Source: Tubulanus polymorphus (Eukaryota; Animalia; Nemertea). From it: DNA of 64,000 nucleotides. The stretch lies in the NCBI RefSeq assembly GCF_964204645.1, contig NC_134029.1, positions 20,268,950-20,332,949 of the forward strand. The letters are read 5' to 3'. This document shows positions 1 to 58,375 of the stretch, in pieces. The notes beneath the pieces are model-generated. The model had not been told where the DNA came from, did no database searches, and worked only from the letters and a program-made list of their open reading frames with translations. The translations under genes were made by a program, and so were the position numbers. The first letter of the stretch is position 1. Every line of letters begins with the position of its first letter.

Positions 1-1956
1 AGGTTGTATTTCCACACAGCGGTAATACAGTTTGTTTGCAGATTCTGCATTTTTAGGATCAATTGTGTTGATCCTTAGATGATTCTGAGAGTAACTTTCA
101 GTTAGCTCTTGGTGGCACAATTTGTAGCCATTGGATATATACATCTAATATTTTGTCATTTGGAGGGAAATAGGTATTGGAATTAATATGGAGAGTTTCA
201 TCCGTCAGCTCTAAGCCGTTTGGAAGTACTGGGAGAAAATGTGCAAAATTTCAACGAATTTTCCCCCCATTCTACTAATCGATGCTTGACCTTGTTTCTT
301 GATGATTACATCACTGGGAAAGCCTTCGGCATCCAATATTGAACTAGGACACTGAAGGGCTTTCCCAGTGATGTCATATCAATAACATACATGCTAGTGA
401 GTCATGGGGAAACCCATTACAGTGGTGTTGTGCGCCAAGATTTCATTGCGAATCCGAGAACAAATTATTATTGTTCTCAAAACTAAAATGTACTCAGTTG
501 ATCCTACTGGAACAATTGTCCTTATTGCTTAATGAATTTCTGAACATGCAACGCAGCGGTCACAAATCATCGGCATTGATTCAGAAATGATCGTTGGAAT
601 GATATCTGTCCGAAGCTTTTATGTCCCGATGAATGGATATCTCAGTTACCATGGCAGTAACATTTTCCTCTCGTACCTCATCTCTGAGAAAAATTGGACG
701 ATGATATTCAATCACGATATTCCTGATATCACAGAGCTCCTCTGGTGAATTGTCCCGTGACCTCGACAGATATGATGGTATTTTTAGGTGCGTCATAGTA
801 GCGTGTTTCTTGTGGTTGAAAATGTATATCCCGATTGTTCCAGATATTGGGTCCGTGCCACAAAACCTGTTGAACGAGTATTGGCTTCAACTTTTGCCAA
901 TCACTTGTTTGCGCTGTCATGCGTTTACTATAACCATGTGTATAATATACTCATCAATCTTACTTCGTTACGTGCATTGTTTCAGTGACTTATGGTTTCA
1001 GCACGGGTAGTTCACTTCATCTCCCAAATATAATCAACACCAACCCTCTTTGACATCGGAACCTTTTTCTAGAAAGGGCAAAACCACCGAAAAGGAGGAT
1101 ATTACATCCTTATGAACCCTTTACATTTTCGTCATCAGCAGAAATTGAGTTGTTTAACGCTGAAGATATCACATTTGAGTCAAGGTCATCCGATCCGGTG
1201 GATACCCAGTTATTTCGGATATATCTCGTCAATGATCTGCACCAATTATAGCGGCGTAGTTCTACCATTGGTCGTAATTGAAATGGTTTCCTCATCACAA
1301 ATCAGCTTATCGGGACGTTCTGACTTGGTATATTGATGAATACCCTTGCGAAGCCTCTAGACTACACCGAGCACCTTGATTTTTTGGAGAAAATATTTTT
1401 TCACTTTTTCCCTATCCACCTACCTTACTAAATTGTGGACATTAATGAATTTATATTTTTGGCCTTATTTGACTACGAAATAATTTGTGAAAAAGATAAA
1501 ATGCAACATGAAATAGAACTTTGAATGCTAAAAAACTCTCAAGAGGGATCATGCCCTTGGCAAACAAGCTCCTGTTGTCAAGGTAAACCACTTTGCCCAT
1601 GGGCAATTTATTAGTACTATTACTATTGTATAACGATAAAAAAGACCTCTCAAAAAATGATTCGAAAAGAAGAGACCTCCGTGGCAATGATCGATGCGTG
1701 AGAAGCTATAAATACTTTATCATCTGCGTGTTTCTCTCGTTTTTCCTCGGCTGCCTTTTTCAGGTAAAACTAATCGAATCACGCCTCGTGCTGACGACAC
1801 GGGGCTCCATTTACTGCGCTTGTCTACCTACCCGGCGCGGCGTTCCTTGCCGGAAAATCCATTATCGCAACATTTCATATCTTCCCAGTAACGACGGATT
1901 TCTGCGCATGTCTTCGAATCTCGACATAGGTTTTGTCTTCGTGCAGTGTCCTCGCA

Positions 1957-2218
1957 CAGGGTGGCCACTTACCCGGAAATCGGTGGAAAGTCAACAGAAT
2001 TTATTTATTTTCTTTAAAAAAAAGAATTTAATTTATAAAGAAGTTAAAATCTGGGAAATGTATCAAATTTTGCACACAATCAAGCGGTTTTCTGTCTGTG
2101 TTGTATGTATTTGACTGTGTTAATTAATTGATTGGATTCTTAGCAGATCAGGGAAGACATTGTGCATTTCAGGGAAAGGTGAACGAAAAAAACAAATCAA
2201 ATATAAGTGGCCACCATG
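1957..2218 (+). mobile_element. MITE family B (CAGGGTGGCCAC termini, internal tcagggaa repeats)
   Basis: cagggtggccac...gtggccaccatg. The internal block tttgactgtgttaattgattggattcttagcagatc is shared with copies near 21629, 48780 and 52750. Confidence 0.7.
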
Positions 2219-2849
2219 TTGCGTGTTGAGCGCCATGGTTCTGTAAAAGGAAAGAGTTACGATAACAAATTGTTTGACATGCAGTGATTTCTAACCGTCG
2301 TACCTCAGGCTGACGAGACAGTATGTAATTATCGAGAGATCCATCACTAGCTCAGCTCGGCCCTATACTCCCCGAGAGAGAGAAAGAGAGAGTGGTATAT
2401 GCTTTTAGGCGTGTCATTGATTAGCGTGGAAATTGGAGGCTTTTAAACTGAAAAAGGAAGTATGCGCCGTGCGTGTCAAACGCAATGTCGGCAGAAATCG
2501 AGAAAAAAAAACGCGCAAAAAATATTCCTCGGTTAAGCTTTCATCTCGCGCGCGTTTATTAATTCCCATTTTGTAAACGGAATATCATGTCGTACGCCGA
2601 GCACATCTGTTTCGCGATGTTTGATTTCCGAAATTTGATCCGAGCTGCCAAATAATAACGCGGAGATTTTTCGTCGTCGCCCGGTCGGGTTTGATTTATC
2701 GGGCGGGACTTTTTTTAAAAAATCAAACGCGGCAGGAAAGCAATCAGCATTTCTCCGTTCACTGTTATATCGTGTGACGCAACTTGCAGTTTGCGGTTTC
2801 CTGAGAAAATGCTCGCGACCTCATCATCCGTGAAGTTTGCATAAAGCAT

Positions 2850-3158
2850 GAGCCACGATCCCACAAATGTTTTCCACTGGGGCCAAATGGACACGTGCCT
2901 GTTTGACCGAGGCCAAATTTGGCCTGACCCACGAAAATCAGACCAGGTGTGAGCCAAATTTTAGCATGGGTTAAATCATTGCATATGAATGATTCTGGTT
3001 CCAGAAATGACTCACTTCGCTTTGTTTGAGCATTGCTAAGTATCGAGTGAGTGGTTTATGCGCTCTCTAATAAGGCACGGGCCAAATTCGACTGGGCTCG
3101 GGCCTGATTTGTACCAATTTGACCCAGGCTAAATCGTCTCCGCGTGGTCGCGGCTATA
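2850..3158. mobile_element. MITE family D (agccgcgatcacac-type termini, internal aaatttggccc motifs)
   Basis: gagccacgatcccaca...cgcgtggtcgcggctata. Related copies at ~7774-8149 (with an internal ATT microsatellite), ~8668-8930 and ~17365-17560. Confidence 0.65.
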
Positions 3159-3962
3159 GCTTGGAAAAGTGGGGTCGCATTTTCATGTATCATATCCATA
3201 TAATAGATATCAAATCATCATAATACTAGCTTTCAAATAAAAAGATTTCTCGAAAAAGAACCTGCCAGCTCGGTGTGTATTATGTCATCGGGCGGAAGAA
3301 TGCCGGGCGTGTTTTCCGAGAAATTGACACGAAAACCGAACTTAAAAATAAAGAGTCGCTTTATACTCGTCGGGATCAGTCACAAAATCGAAAACTCAAA
3401 TATTTATAAGTCAAGAGTTAAACAAATTTAAAGAGAGGAGCGCGCAGAGAGGTTCTAGATCATTACCGGTATCAAAAATTTCGTTTTAAATTCTAGTCCA
3501 TGATCGCGATTGTATCGTGATATCCGCGAATACGACCCTGCAGAAAACACGTTTAGCTTCTACCGAATTGAGAATTAAGGTCGTCCTAATTGTATAATCT
3601 ATCATTGTTTCGTATTAATGAAGATCGATACCGATGACATATGTTGTGTTGTGTTGTAGTTAAAGCTCCCGTAGAGCGCCTCGGCTATCTACGTAGGGGA
3701 CCCGTTAAGTACTAATAGCCGAGCGTGTCAACCACGCAGACTACAACGACGTTCAGGGGAAAAAAATACAATCGTAAACCTACGAACAAACGTGAATAAA
3801 ATATCGCTGACGAAAAACATTTTCGACGAACTCACAGCCGGCGGCGCTATCACGTAGTCGCCGAATTTGCGTTGTCCCAAATTCGGGAGCGTATGCGAAG
3901 TGACTCTTGATGGCTTCGACCACGACGACGACGACGCGGCTCGTACGGATTTAAAACGGACG

Positions 3963-28344
<24,382 letters not shown>

Positions 28345-29819
28345 TGGATTTTCGCAATCTCGTAACAAAAGCATTGTAAAGATCGGCCATCTTAAGAAAT
28401 ATTTTCTGTCCAGTAATTGAAACATGTATCGTATTGTGTCATAAACTGTACAATACAAGACAGAGTCATATTTCTGTTTGCATCGGCTTGTAAGTAAACT
28501 TGTACATATCGATAGTCTTCCACAACGGTACTCACGCTATTTCACCTGAATCACATTGTATGACAAGGCTAAAAAATTGATACCTTGTTTCTCATTTCTG
28601 CTGAGCTTGAAAGTTGACCCGGCCGGCTGCCTATCTACCCTGAAGCTAACCATAACAGACCTGGCTGTTATAGAAATGATAGCTAATTTTTTTGCAGTTT
28701 AAAAATTGACCTGGCCGATGAGAAACTATGCATCATTTTTTTAGCCAAAGAATAAACCATATACCAAATAAGCTCATTATGTATCTGTCTCCTATGAGTA
28801 CATGTTTGCGCATACTTGTAGCGTGTACGGTACCCATGCATTATGGGAGGCAGTCTGAAGCCAGCGGTCTGAAGGACCGGTACACACAATCATTCGTAAA
28901 CCGAGAAAAAGTCGAAAGATGAAAAATCTTTTGATAGTTATCCATGGAAGTAAAACGTTTCTAATGTTTTACATGTAGCTGTATCAATATTGATCAAAAG
29001 ATACGGTACTTAATATATTCGTCCATTTATCCGTTATGTAAGCCGCATATCAAAGCCAAATGTATCCATTCACTAACCAGAAAATTTGTACGAAACGTTT
29101 CCCCCTTGTTATTTATTTTATTTATTCATCTGTTTATTTATTTTGTGTTGATTATTTCTACGTTCGTTGAATTAACTGTTTATCCTCGTACGACGACGTG
29201 TAAATACGAAAATCATTTTCCATGAATTATTCGCGAATCTGAAAAAAATACTGTGATACGAAGCGAAGCATTTGTCGTAATGTTCAGAGTTTGAGGTGGT
29301 GTACTACTTAAAAAAATTATATGATATTATTGCGTTACAAAAAATATATGTACAACATTCGGCTACGCAATTGGTTTATTTGTTGAAATTGTTGACTGGG
29401 AATTGTGCAAATGCTGGGTAACTTAGGATTTTCGTAGCTGTATCGCAGAAGCTCGTATTTGAAGTTTGGGGGTGAATATCCCAGGAACTTTTTACATAAA
29501 AAGATCCAAAAATAGTCTTTTTATATGTATAGTACCTGGGATATTTGATGGTCTAAGCTACAGTTATTCAACTTCAACTACGAGCCCCTGTGGCTGTATA
29601 AGATTTCTTTGGTCAGAGTATATCGTAATGTCTTAATCTGAATCTCATTGAAAACTTGAAAAAAGTTTATTAGCAATATAGATTTTCCTGCAATGATTAT
29701 TTGTTGTCATCTGCAGCATCAAACCCCCAAAAGTCTGAAAAAGCGAAATTCGAGCAGTTTTTTCACAGGATTAACAACATCACCCAGGTTTCCAATAGGG
29801 AAATTGCGATCTTTGGTCA

Positions 29820-30080
29820 CATGGTTCCCACAGAACTTGGAAAAAACTTGGGAATTTTGAAATAATAATTCCCATTTACAATTCACTTATTGCTTTTGTC
29901 AAGGGTAACTTTCTTCAGCGATTTCCCTCGAGAATCACCTTTAACAGCCAGTCACCACTAAAATGTTGACTGAAGCACGATTGTATCTGTTCATTTCCAT
30001 TTGGGAAAATTGAAAAATCACCCATGAAATACTTGGGAAAAACCTGGGAATTTTTGATTCATGTAACTGTGGGAACCATG
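29820..30080 (+). mobile_element. MITE family C copy, in the presumed FRMPD4-like 3' UTR
   Basis: Perfect 14-bp TIR CATGGTTCCCACAG/CTGTGGGAACCATG. Confidence 0.8.
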
Positions 30081-30662
30081 TGGTAAAGACATGTAGCATG
30101 TAGCAATGTAGCAGTTTAATTAATAGAAAGATGTTGTGTTAGATAAATTCAATTTTCAGATAGACTAGAATAGTTATTTCATGTATTGAAATTAGTTTAA
30201 AGGTCCACAGTTATGGGTCTCTTAGGATACCAGAATAACCAGGGATTTTGGGTGGAATGCCCTCGAGCATCAGTCACTACATTGTACTAATGATTTCTAT
30301 CGCTTGTGGTAGATACCTATATGTGTTGTGTTGATGCAAAATTTGAAGAACAAGCGCTTGAACTTCCATTCCGTTACATGATTTATCTTTTTTTCGAAAA
30401 AATTGTTCATGTTATCAAAAACATATTCAAGTTGTGCTAAAAACAATATTTAATACATACAACATGCCTGTGGCTGATGTTAAGTGTTTACCAGTTGCGG
30501 AAGATCTCTCAAATACTATTGGGAGAAAAAGATCAGTAACATTCGTGAAAGTAATTTCACACTGAAAAAAATATTTTGTTACGGTTCAAATGATGATACG
30601 TGTTGCTTAAATTGTTTATTCGTTATTACGCGGTTTCTTGTGAACATTATCAATGACTATTG

Positions 30663-30672
30663 AATAAATAAA
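30663..30672 (+). promoter_or_regulatory. Candidate polyadenylation signal of the FRMPD4-like gene (3' UTR ~2.3 kb)
   Basis: Overlapping AATAAATAAA at the end of an AT-rich non-coding tract after the stop. Not verified, and an earlier AATAAA exists near 28751. Confidence 0.35.
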
Positions 30673-31179
30673 GTGAATAAGTTATTGCACTGAATCTATT
30701 TATAATTTGTCATAGTAGATCCAGGTAACTTGGTGATCTTAAGGCTAGTTTATGTCGACTTGCGATGCAACGCCTACCGACGCAACTAAGAGCACCAGTG
30801 ATTGTAGCCCAGCCTACATCGACTGCATTCCCCATCCCCAGCAACTGAGCCCGAAAGTCGGGCATTGTATACATACATTGTATATAGTGTCCAAGGTAAC
30901 AGATATCAGCAAGAAGATCCTTCAATCATGATATTCAAGTTCAAGTTTATTTCACGGAAAGCAAAACATGCAAGTTCGATGATAAGAAAAAATTTTAAGC
31001 TGCCTCAATATACCGTAAGTCCCATAATTCAAATTTCATATGATATAATTTATTAAAACAAAACCACACCGTTTAAACAACAAATTATATCATACAAAAT
31101 TTGAATTGTGTGACTTCTTTTATTAGTCAAGTCAATTATCTACACTGACACGGATCATTACACGGATTAATGTTCATTC

Positions 31180-31533
31180 GACTAATACCGTAAGGTGCTG
31201 CCGCTACGATGATCGTTAGCGGATTTTTCGTACACTAATACTGACACGCTTTCGAACCGACTCTGGCAACCTATGTGCTGTCCAACTGCACCGTGAGGTG
31301 CTGCCACTATGCAAAGCATTAGCGGATTTTTCAAACACTAACATTAACAGCCCACGTCCGATGCTCAGTCCAGATCTAAATCCGTAAATTACCGATGCCG
31401 TGGGTTGAGATTACCATTTTGCATTTTGACATTAACTGGTGGTAATTTTCTTTATCTTATCGATTCTTATCAGTGAATATCAGTGAACCGGATTAATCGA
31501 TGACGTTTTGATTACGGAGTACGACGAGTAAGT
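31180..31533 (+). promoter_or_regulatory. Candidate promoter and non-coding first exon of HEATR5B
   Basis: Locally CpG-rich intergenic segment ending in a strong donor GA|gtaagt (31528). The ATG-containing exon has its own acceptor (gttacag, 35397), so an upstream non-coding exon is expected. An ETS-like CTTCCGG lies near 31610. Confidence 0.4.
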
Positions 31534-34500
31534 TTGATTTTAATCATTGATTCATTTTACTTACGTAAATTTACAGTGAATAAAACGCAAGAGTTTAATG
31601 TAATTTTTACTTCCGGGTTCTAAAAATTCGTTGCACCCAAGACTCAAGAGTCGAGTATCAGTACTCCTATCTCCTTTCTCCATCCATACATGTGTTGATA
31701 TTATAATTATTCACTAACCCAGAGTTCTTATCTTCTTAGTTAGTTCCATGAGTAGATACTCACTTGGCTTTTATTTACTAACAATAAAATACGGAACAGG
31801 TCAACTTGGCGTACCCAGACATCAGTCCATGCCCACCATTCATGTCCTCCAGGGGATTCAAACCTGATAGTATCGTGAGACTTCTACAGCACAAAACCCT
31901 GCAAGGATAGCCTATTTGCCATTTTTGAGTTGTTTCAAGTAGGCCTAAGCCTAAGGCGGTCTGATTCTCAATCTTATGGTTTTGATATGGTGAGAAAAGT
32001 GGGATAGGAGGGTCAGAAGGGTGTAAAGAATAGGGTCGTGTCTTCTGTAGTTAAGTTAGGTTTTGGATTAATAGGAATAGCCTTCAGTATGGCCAGCCTT
32101 CAACTGTTAACAACTGGTTACAAAATATCCATCTTCAAGATGCTGTAATCATGAAATCAACCTGAATTTCATGTGAAGGAATCATGAACTTACTCTAGGT
32201 CTATATCTTTATAGAAAACCTAAAGGGTGTAGCCTAATTGGGCTATTAGGTTACTACTGGGGATTTACAGTCATCTAGTACCAGAATCAACTTGTACCTG
32301 GTCAACTCATAGGGCCTTCCTCTTTTTGGTCTTAATAGGCCTATATCCAACTATGTTCAACTTAAATCCTGTTTAAGTTTCTCGGCATTTCATAAGCCTA
32401 TTTTATCTTGCTGGTATTATCAAAAATAAGAACATAGGCCTACTAAATAAGGCCTAAAACCACTTGATTGATCAGAAAAAAGAATTTTCACAAAAATAAA
32501 AAATATCTTGTATATCTTTTAAGGGCAGGTGAATAGCTTGTCAAAATGCAGGGACAAGTCGTCCGCAAAAGACTACTGAGTTGACCCAGATCTGAGTTGA
32601 CCTGCTACCCTAGTCAGCCATGGCCCAATTCGGCTATTCATCTATCTTTTCATTTTGTAGATTCTCATCTTCTCTCTCTCAGATGAAGCTCTTGGTGCTA
32701 ATATATCGAAAGATGATTCTCATTAGGCTATGATATTTCTCCATTAAATATATCTTGAACTGTTTGTTTTTCACAACTTTTTTCTACTTAATCATCGCAG
32801 ACAGTGACATTGGAAATACCTTAGTTGGTAATGTGTCATACCGTCCAAAGGTCTTTTCCAAAGGTCATTAGGATAAGAAAAATAAAGTAGGAAGGGCCAG
32901 TATGTAGATATAGCATTCGTAGTTGCGACGTTACTGTTGTACTGATCGGGATTTATTTCGTAAATGATATGATATGATGTGGTTTCGAAGGAATGTATCG
33001 TCTGCATCGTTACAGACTCAGCCTCAGGAATCGTCGGCCGATACCGGCATAATCGGAGAATTCGTTCTGAATCAGTTTTCAGGTACGAAGCGCGGCGTTA
33101 CTAGTGTTACACGCTTTTGGTAGAAAGATATTCAAATTATGAAATAACGGATTGATTTAAGAATGATCCTGGATTTCGATCGCATTTGCTGAGAGTTCTC
33201 ATCCGTCATTCTTTTATTGAAATAGAATCGTTAGCTGGGATGGCTAGTTCTCTTCCACTGACTCTGATTCTAAGAAATGTTTATTACTAGATGGTATAGG
33301 CTTTATAAGAATTTCATTAACTAAACAACAATGAATCAATCTTGAATTGTTGCTTATCCATTTGAAAATGCGTAGCAAGTCGTTTAATGGTATTATGATA
33401 TATGGAACTGCAATAACGGCTGTGGCTGATATATAGATTTTAGTTCGTTATACGCGACGATACGAGAAGTTTTCTCCGTATTTTCTTAAATGGCTATATC
33501 TTACCGAGTATCCCTAGTATCTATTTCCGAGAAGTGGGCATATATTCGTTTACCCTTAGCGACCGTGTCCTAAAGTGGCCGTATATATAATGACCGTACT
33601 TTTATCTAATCTGTCGGGGGCATATACTAGCGGGTGTATTTGTGTTTGTATTTGTCATGATAAATAGCCGTGATTGAAGTATTGCGTGGCCTGTAGCAGA
33701 TCTCCATGTACGCATATATGAGCATCTCGCGCGCCGTATAGGCCTACATCGAGGCGAATGGATTTTATCGATGATGATGGAAAAATTGTAGCGCGTTTTC
33801 TATACGCGATAGAAGCTAGTTACTGTATGAGAGGCATTACTAGTCGGTATTAGCTTTGATTAGGCTGTAATGTTGTTTCTAATGCGACGTCGTCGTAGTC
33901 AGTCTTTACCGATGTCTATCAACGTAATCAGACGACGCGCATCCAGATGCGAGCGCGAGTACTGTCGCAATTATCTCCAGCCTTTTTGAAAAACAATGGT
34001 AATTTTTTTGTGGGCGGAGCAAGTTTTCTTTAAGATTTCCTTTAATTTCGCTTGATACCCTTAATTTCTCCTAATGTCGCTCAAGTGTTAAAATTGCATT
34101 AAAATGCGCTGAAATTTCAAAATTTTCGAGACCTTCTGTTTTGGCTAGGCGCTAGCACTATGTGCAAGCTTATCCCTTTTATCCCAGTATGCCCTTTTCA
34201 TTTCTTTGTGCCCGTAGATCCGCCTCTGATGATCGCATTTTTTCACCTACTCAGTGGCCTGAAATTTCTGTTCAGTTACCTTTCAATGTTGGTTACTAGT
34301 ATAGTAGTTAGTATAGGTATATAAAGCTCTGAATGGAATGTTTATGGAGGTGGAATGTTTTAGATAAGTATAATGATCATACTGGTGCCTCTCTCATATT
34401 ATTACCTGCTGTTTGCTGCCAAGAATGCGCCAGACAGGTAGAAATAATATATATGATCGACCCGTATTTATAAAATCTCTGAAAAATAAAGCTCCTCTGC

Positions 34501-35332
34501 GTATAGTAACCTACTAAAGATACTAAGGAATTTGATACATATCCCTCTGAAAAGAAATCGAGATTTTTTTATTTGAGCTAAATTTGCGCTTAGTTTAACA
34601 CAGTTCGAAAATCCATGAGGGCATTTTTTTGTATTACATATAATTTGGATTGCGAATTTGATGGACTTGAAATAATTGGGAAGGGGGGAAATTGAATAAT
34701 GAGACCTGAATATTGTTTATCTATTACCTACCAACGCTATTTACTGAATGAACCCGACATGCATTGAAATACCATTGAGATCTGTGAATTTTTGTGTGTG
34801 ACGTCAAAATATGACACGGCAGTGGAAAAATTATTAATTTCTATAGGCCTACTTCATATGCTTAAAAATAAGGGAGTGGTGGAAAAAGTTTTATTATAAA
34901 GAATTTTTTCCCTCACTCCCGAGTTCTAGTAAATTCACCAAGAACTCGGGAAAGTTTATCAGCGGATCTGTAATCTAACTAAAAAAAAGCCTTAATTTTT
35001 GAAAAAATTATTATAGGCCTTGATTGCTGTTACTTTTTGATTAAAATTCTGTAGTGCTGTAAAGTAATTACTTTGTAGACTTAATATCATCGCAGGGAAT
35101 TTCTGCTGAAAAGTCTTATCGCGGTCTTTCAAAATATGAATTTCAAATGCATTTTCTTATTTGATCGGTTTATAATGCCAGGACTAGTCTTCGGATTCAG
35201 CAAGAAGGTTCTCACTTGCCTCAGTCTAACGGCTAGAAATTCTCTATAAATATCTGTTTCGTTTCTTTTTCGCTTCTCGCAAATGGTTTTCCATATTCAG
35301 ACACCGCAAAAATGGCGCCATGTGCCGTTGAA

Positions 35333-35374
35333 ACCTTACAACGATGATATATACCTTACAACGATGATATATAC
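35333..35374 (+). repeat. Perfect 20-bp tandem duplication just upstream of the HEATR5B first coding exon acceptor
   Basis: accttacaacgatgatatat x2. Confidence 0.9.
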
Positions 35375-35417
35375 TCTCTCTCTCGCGTTTGTTACAGCAA
35401 TAGAACCGGCCTTTGTG

Positions 35418-57245
<21,828 letters not shown>

Positions 57246-58351
57246 TGATGATGATGATGATGAACGCCCCCGTTTCTGAAAGGTTACGTTTACGTACGAT
57301 ACACTCGTGTTAGGATGAAGAAAAGCATCCACGTTCCTACTAGATTTTGTATAGCCTCGTCGTCGGAAATAGTATTCGTTACGCAACCGGTCGTAATCGA
57401 GTTTACTCGGAAATGAAGATTTGATTTCTTCTTCGTTCGCCTTTACGACGGTTGTCATGATATCAATTACTACTACACGTGCGCAGTGAAACCCGCTTCA
57501 CTTTTGACATTTACGTATGCTTTTGTTTCGTTTATAGCTTAACTGCTATGAAGATGTATAAGAATAGCTCAGACTAGTAACTTGATTTGCTAGTGTTTAT
57601 TACTGTTTACTGAATCTAGGCGTGTCATTTACGCGTAACAGTTATTTTTGACTTGGAGACCGCGTTCGGCTGCCTCGAAAGAAAAGCCTCTAACTTCAAC
57701 GCTTAATTGATTGTACAGGATCAAAATAACCATAGCGCGGCGTTGTTTCGAAATGATTTCTTTTTCTAGAATAGCATCGTTTCAGAAACTGTCTTTTTCG
57801 AGTAAAGCAGGTTTTACTATGATTCGTATGGGTTGTTTTAATGGTTGTTAATTGTAAATACCGTAGTATATTGTAAATAATCGACTTTTATTTATTCATT
57901 ATCACTGAACAGAGGTGCTCAGCCGTTTGATAGTGTCGAGCTCTGGGCTGTGAAATAGCAGTAGACTCGGCTTTCAACTGGTTAAAATCGTGACCTGACA
58001 AAAATTCTCCTCCTCCCAGAGTTTCATATCTAGTGTTAAGACTAGAAAAATGTTATTAAAGATAATGCTACCATATTTGGTATGATGATATTCCACAGGG
58101 GCGAGTTTCATAGAAGTAGGCAAATTAATTCCTGGAAATATCTTCTGGTAATTTGTCAGTTTTGTAAACACAGTTCCTTATTGTCACCCAGACTAAGGAT
58201 TTTTACGCCAAGGGGGTAACTTTGATACCCAGGCTATGAAACCGGGCCCAGGAATTTTGCCGTAATATCTGTTGTAATAATAGGACGAGTTCATCGTATT
58301 GAATTGTCATGTGAAAACTTAGAACGCATCTTGCTCTTTTTACCGTTACAC

Positions 58352-58375
58352 TGTGTGTGTGTGTGTGTGTGTGTG
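58352..58375. repeat. (TG)n microsatellite
   Basis: Directly visible. Confidence 0.95.

Noticed and set aside
1180-1205. GSDD in ORF 1110-1298 as a viral RdRp motif C
   Set aside because: The polar, low-complexity context lacks the flanking hydrophobic beta strands, and no motifs A or B are visible.
1593-2114. 173-aa ORF
   Set aside because: Non-ATG start, no recognisable domain, and it runs into a family B MITE at 1957.
2308-2360. CTGACGA...GAGA hammerhead-like string; also CTGATGA...GAAAC near 37420
   Set aside because: The first has a mutated GAAA core, and both have a mismatched or absent stem II.
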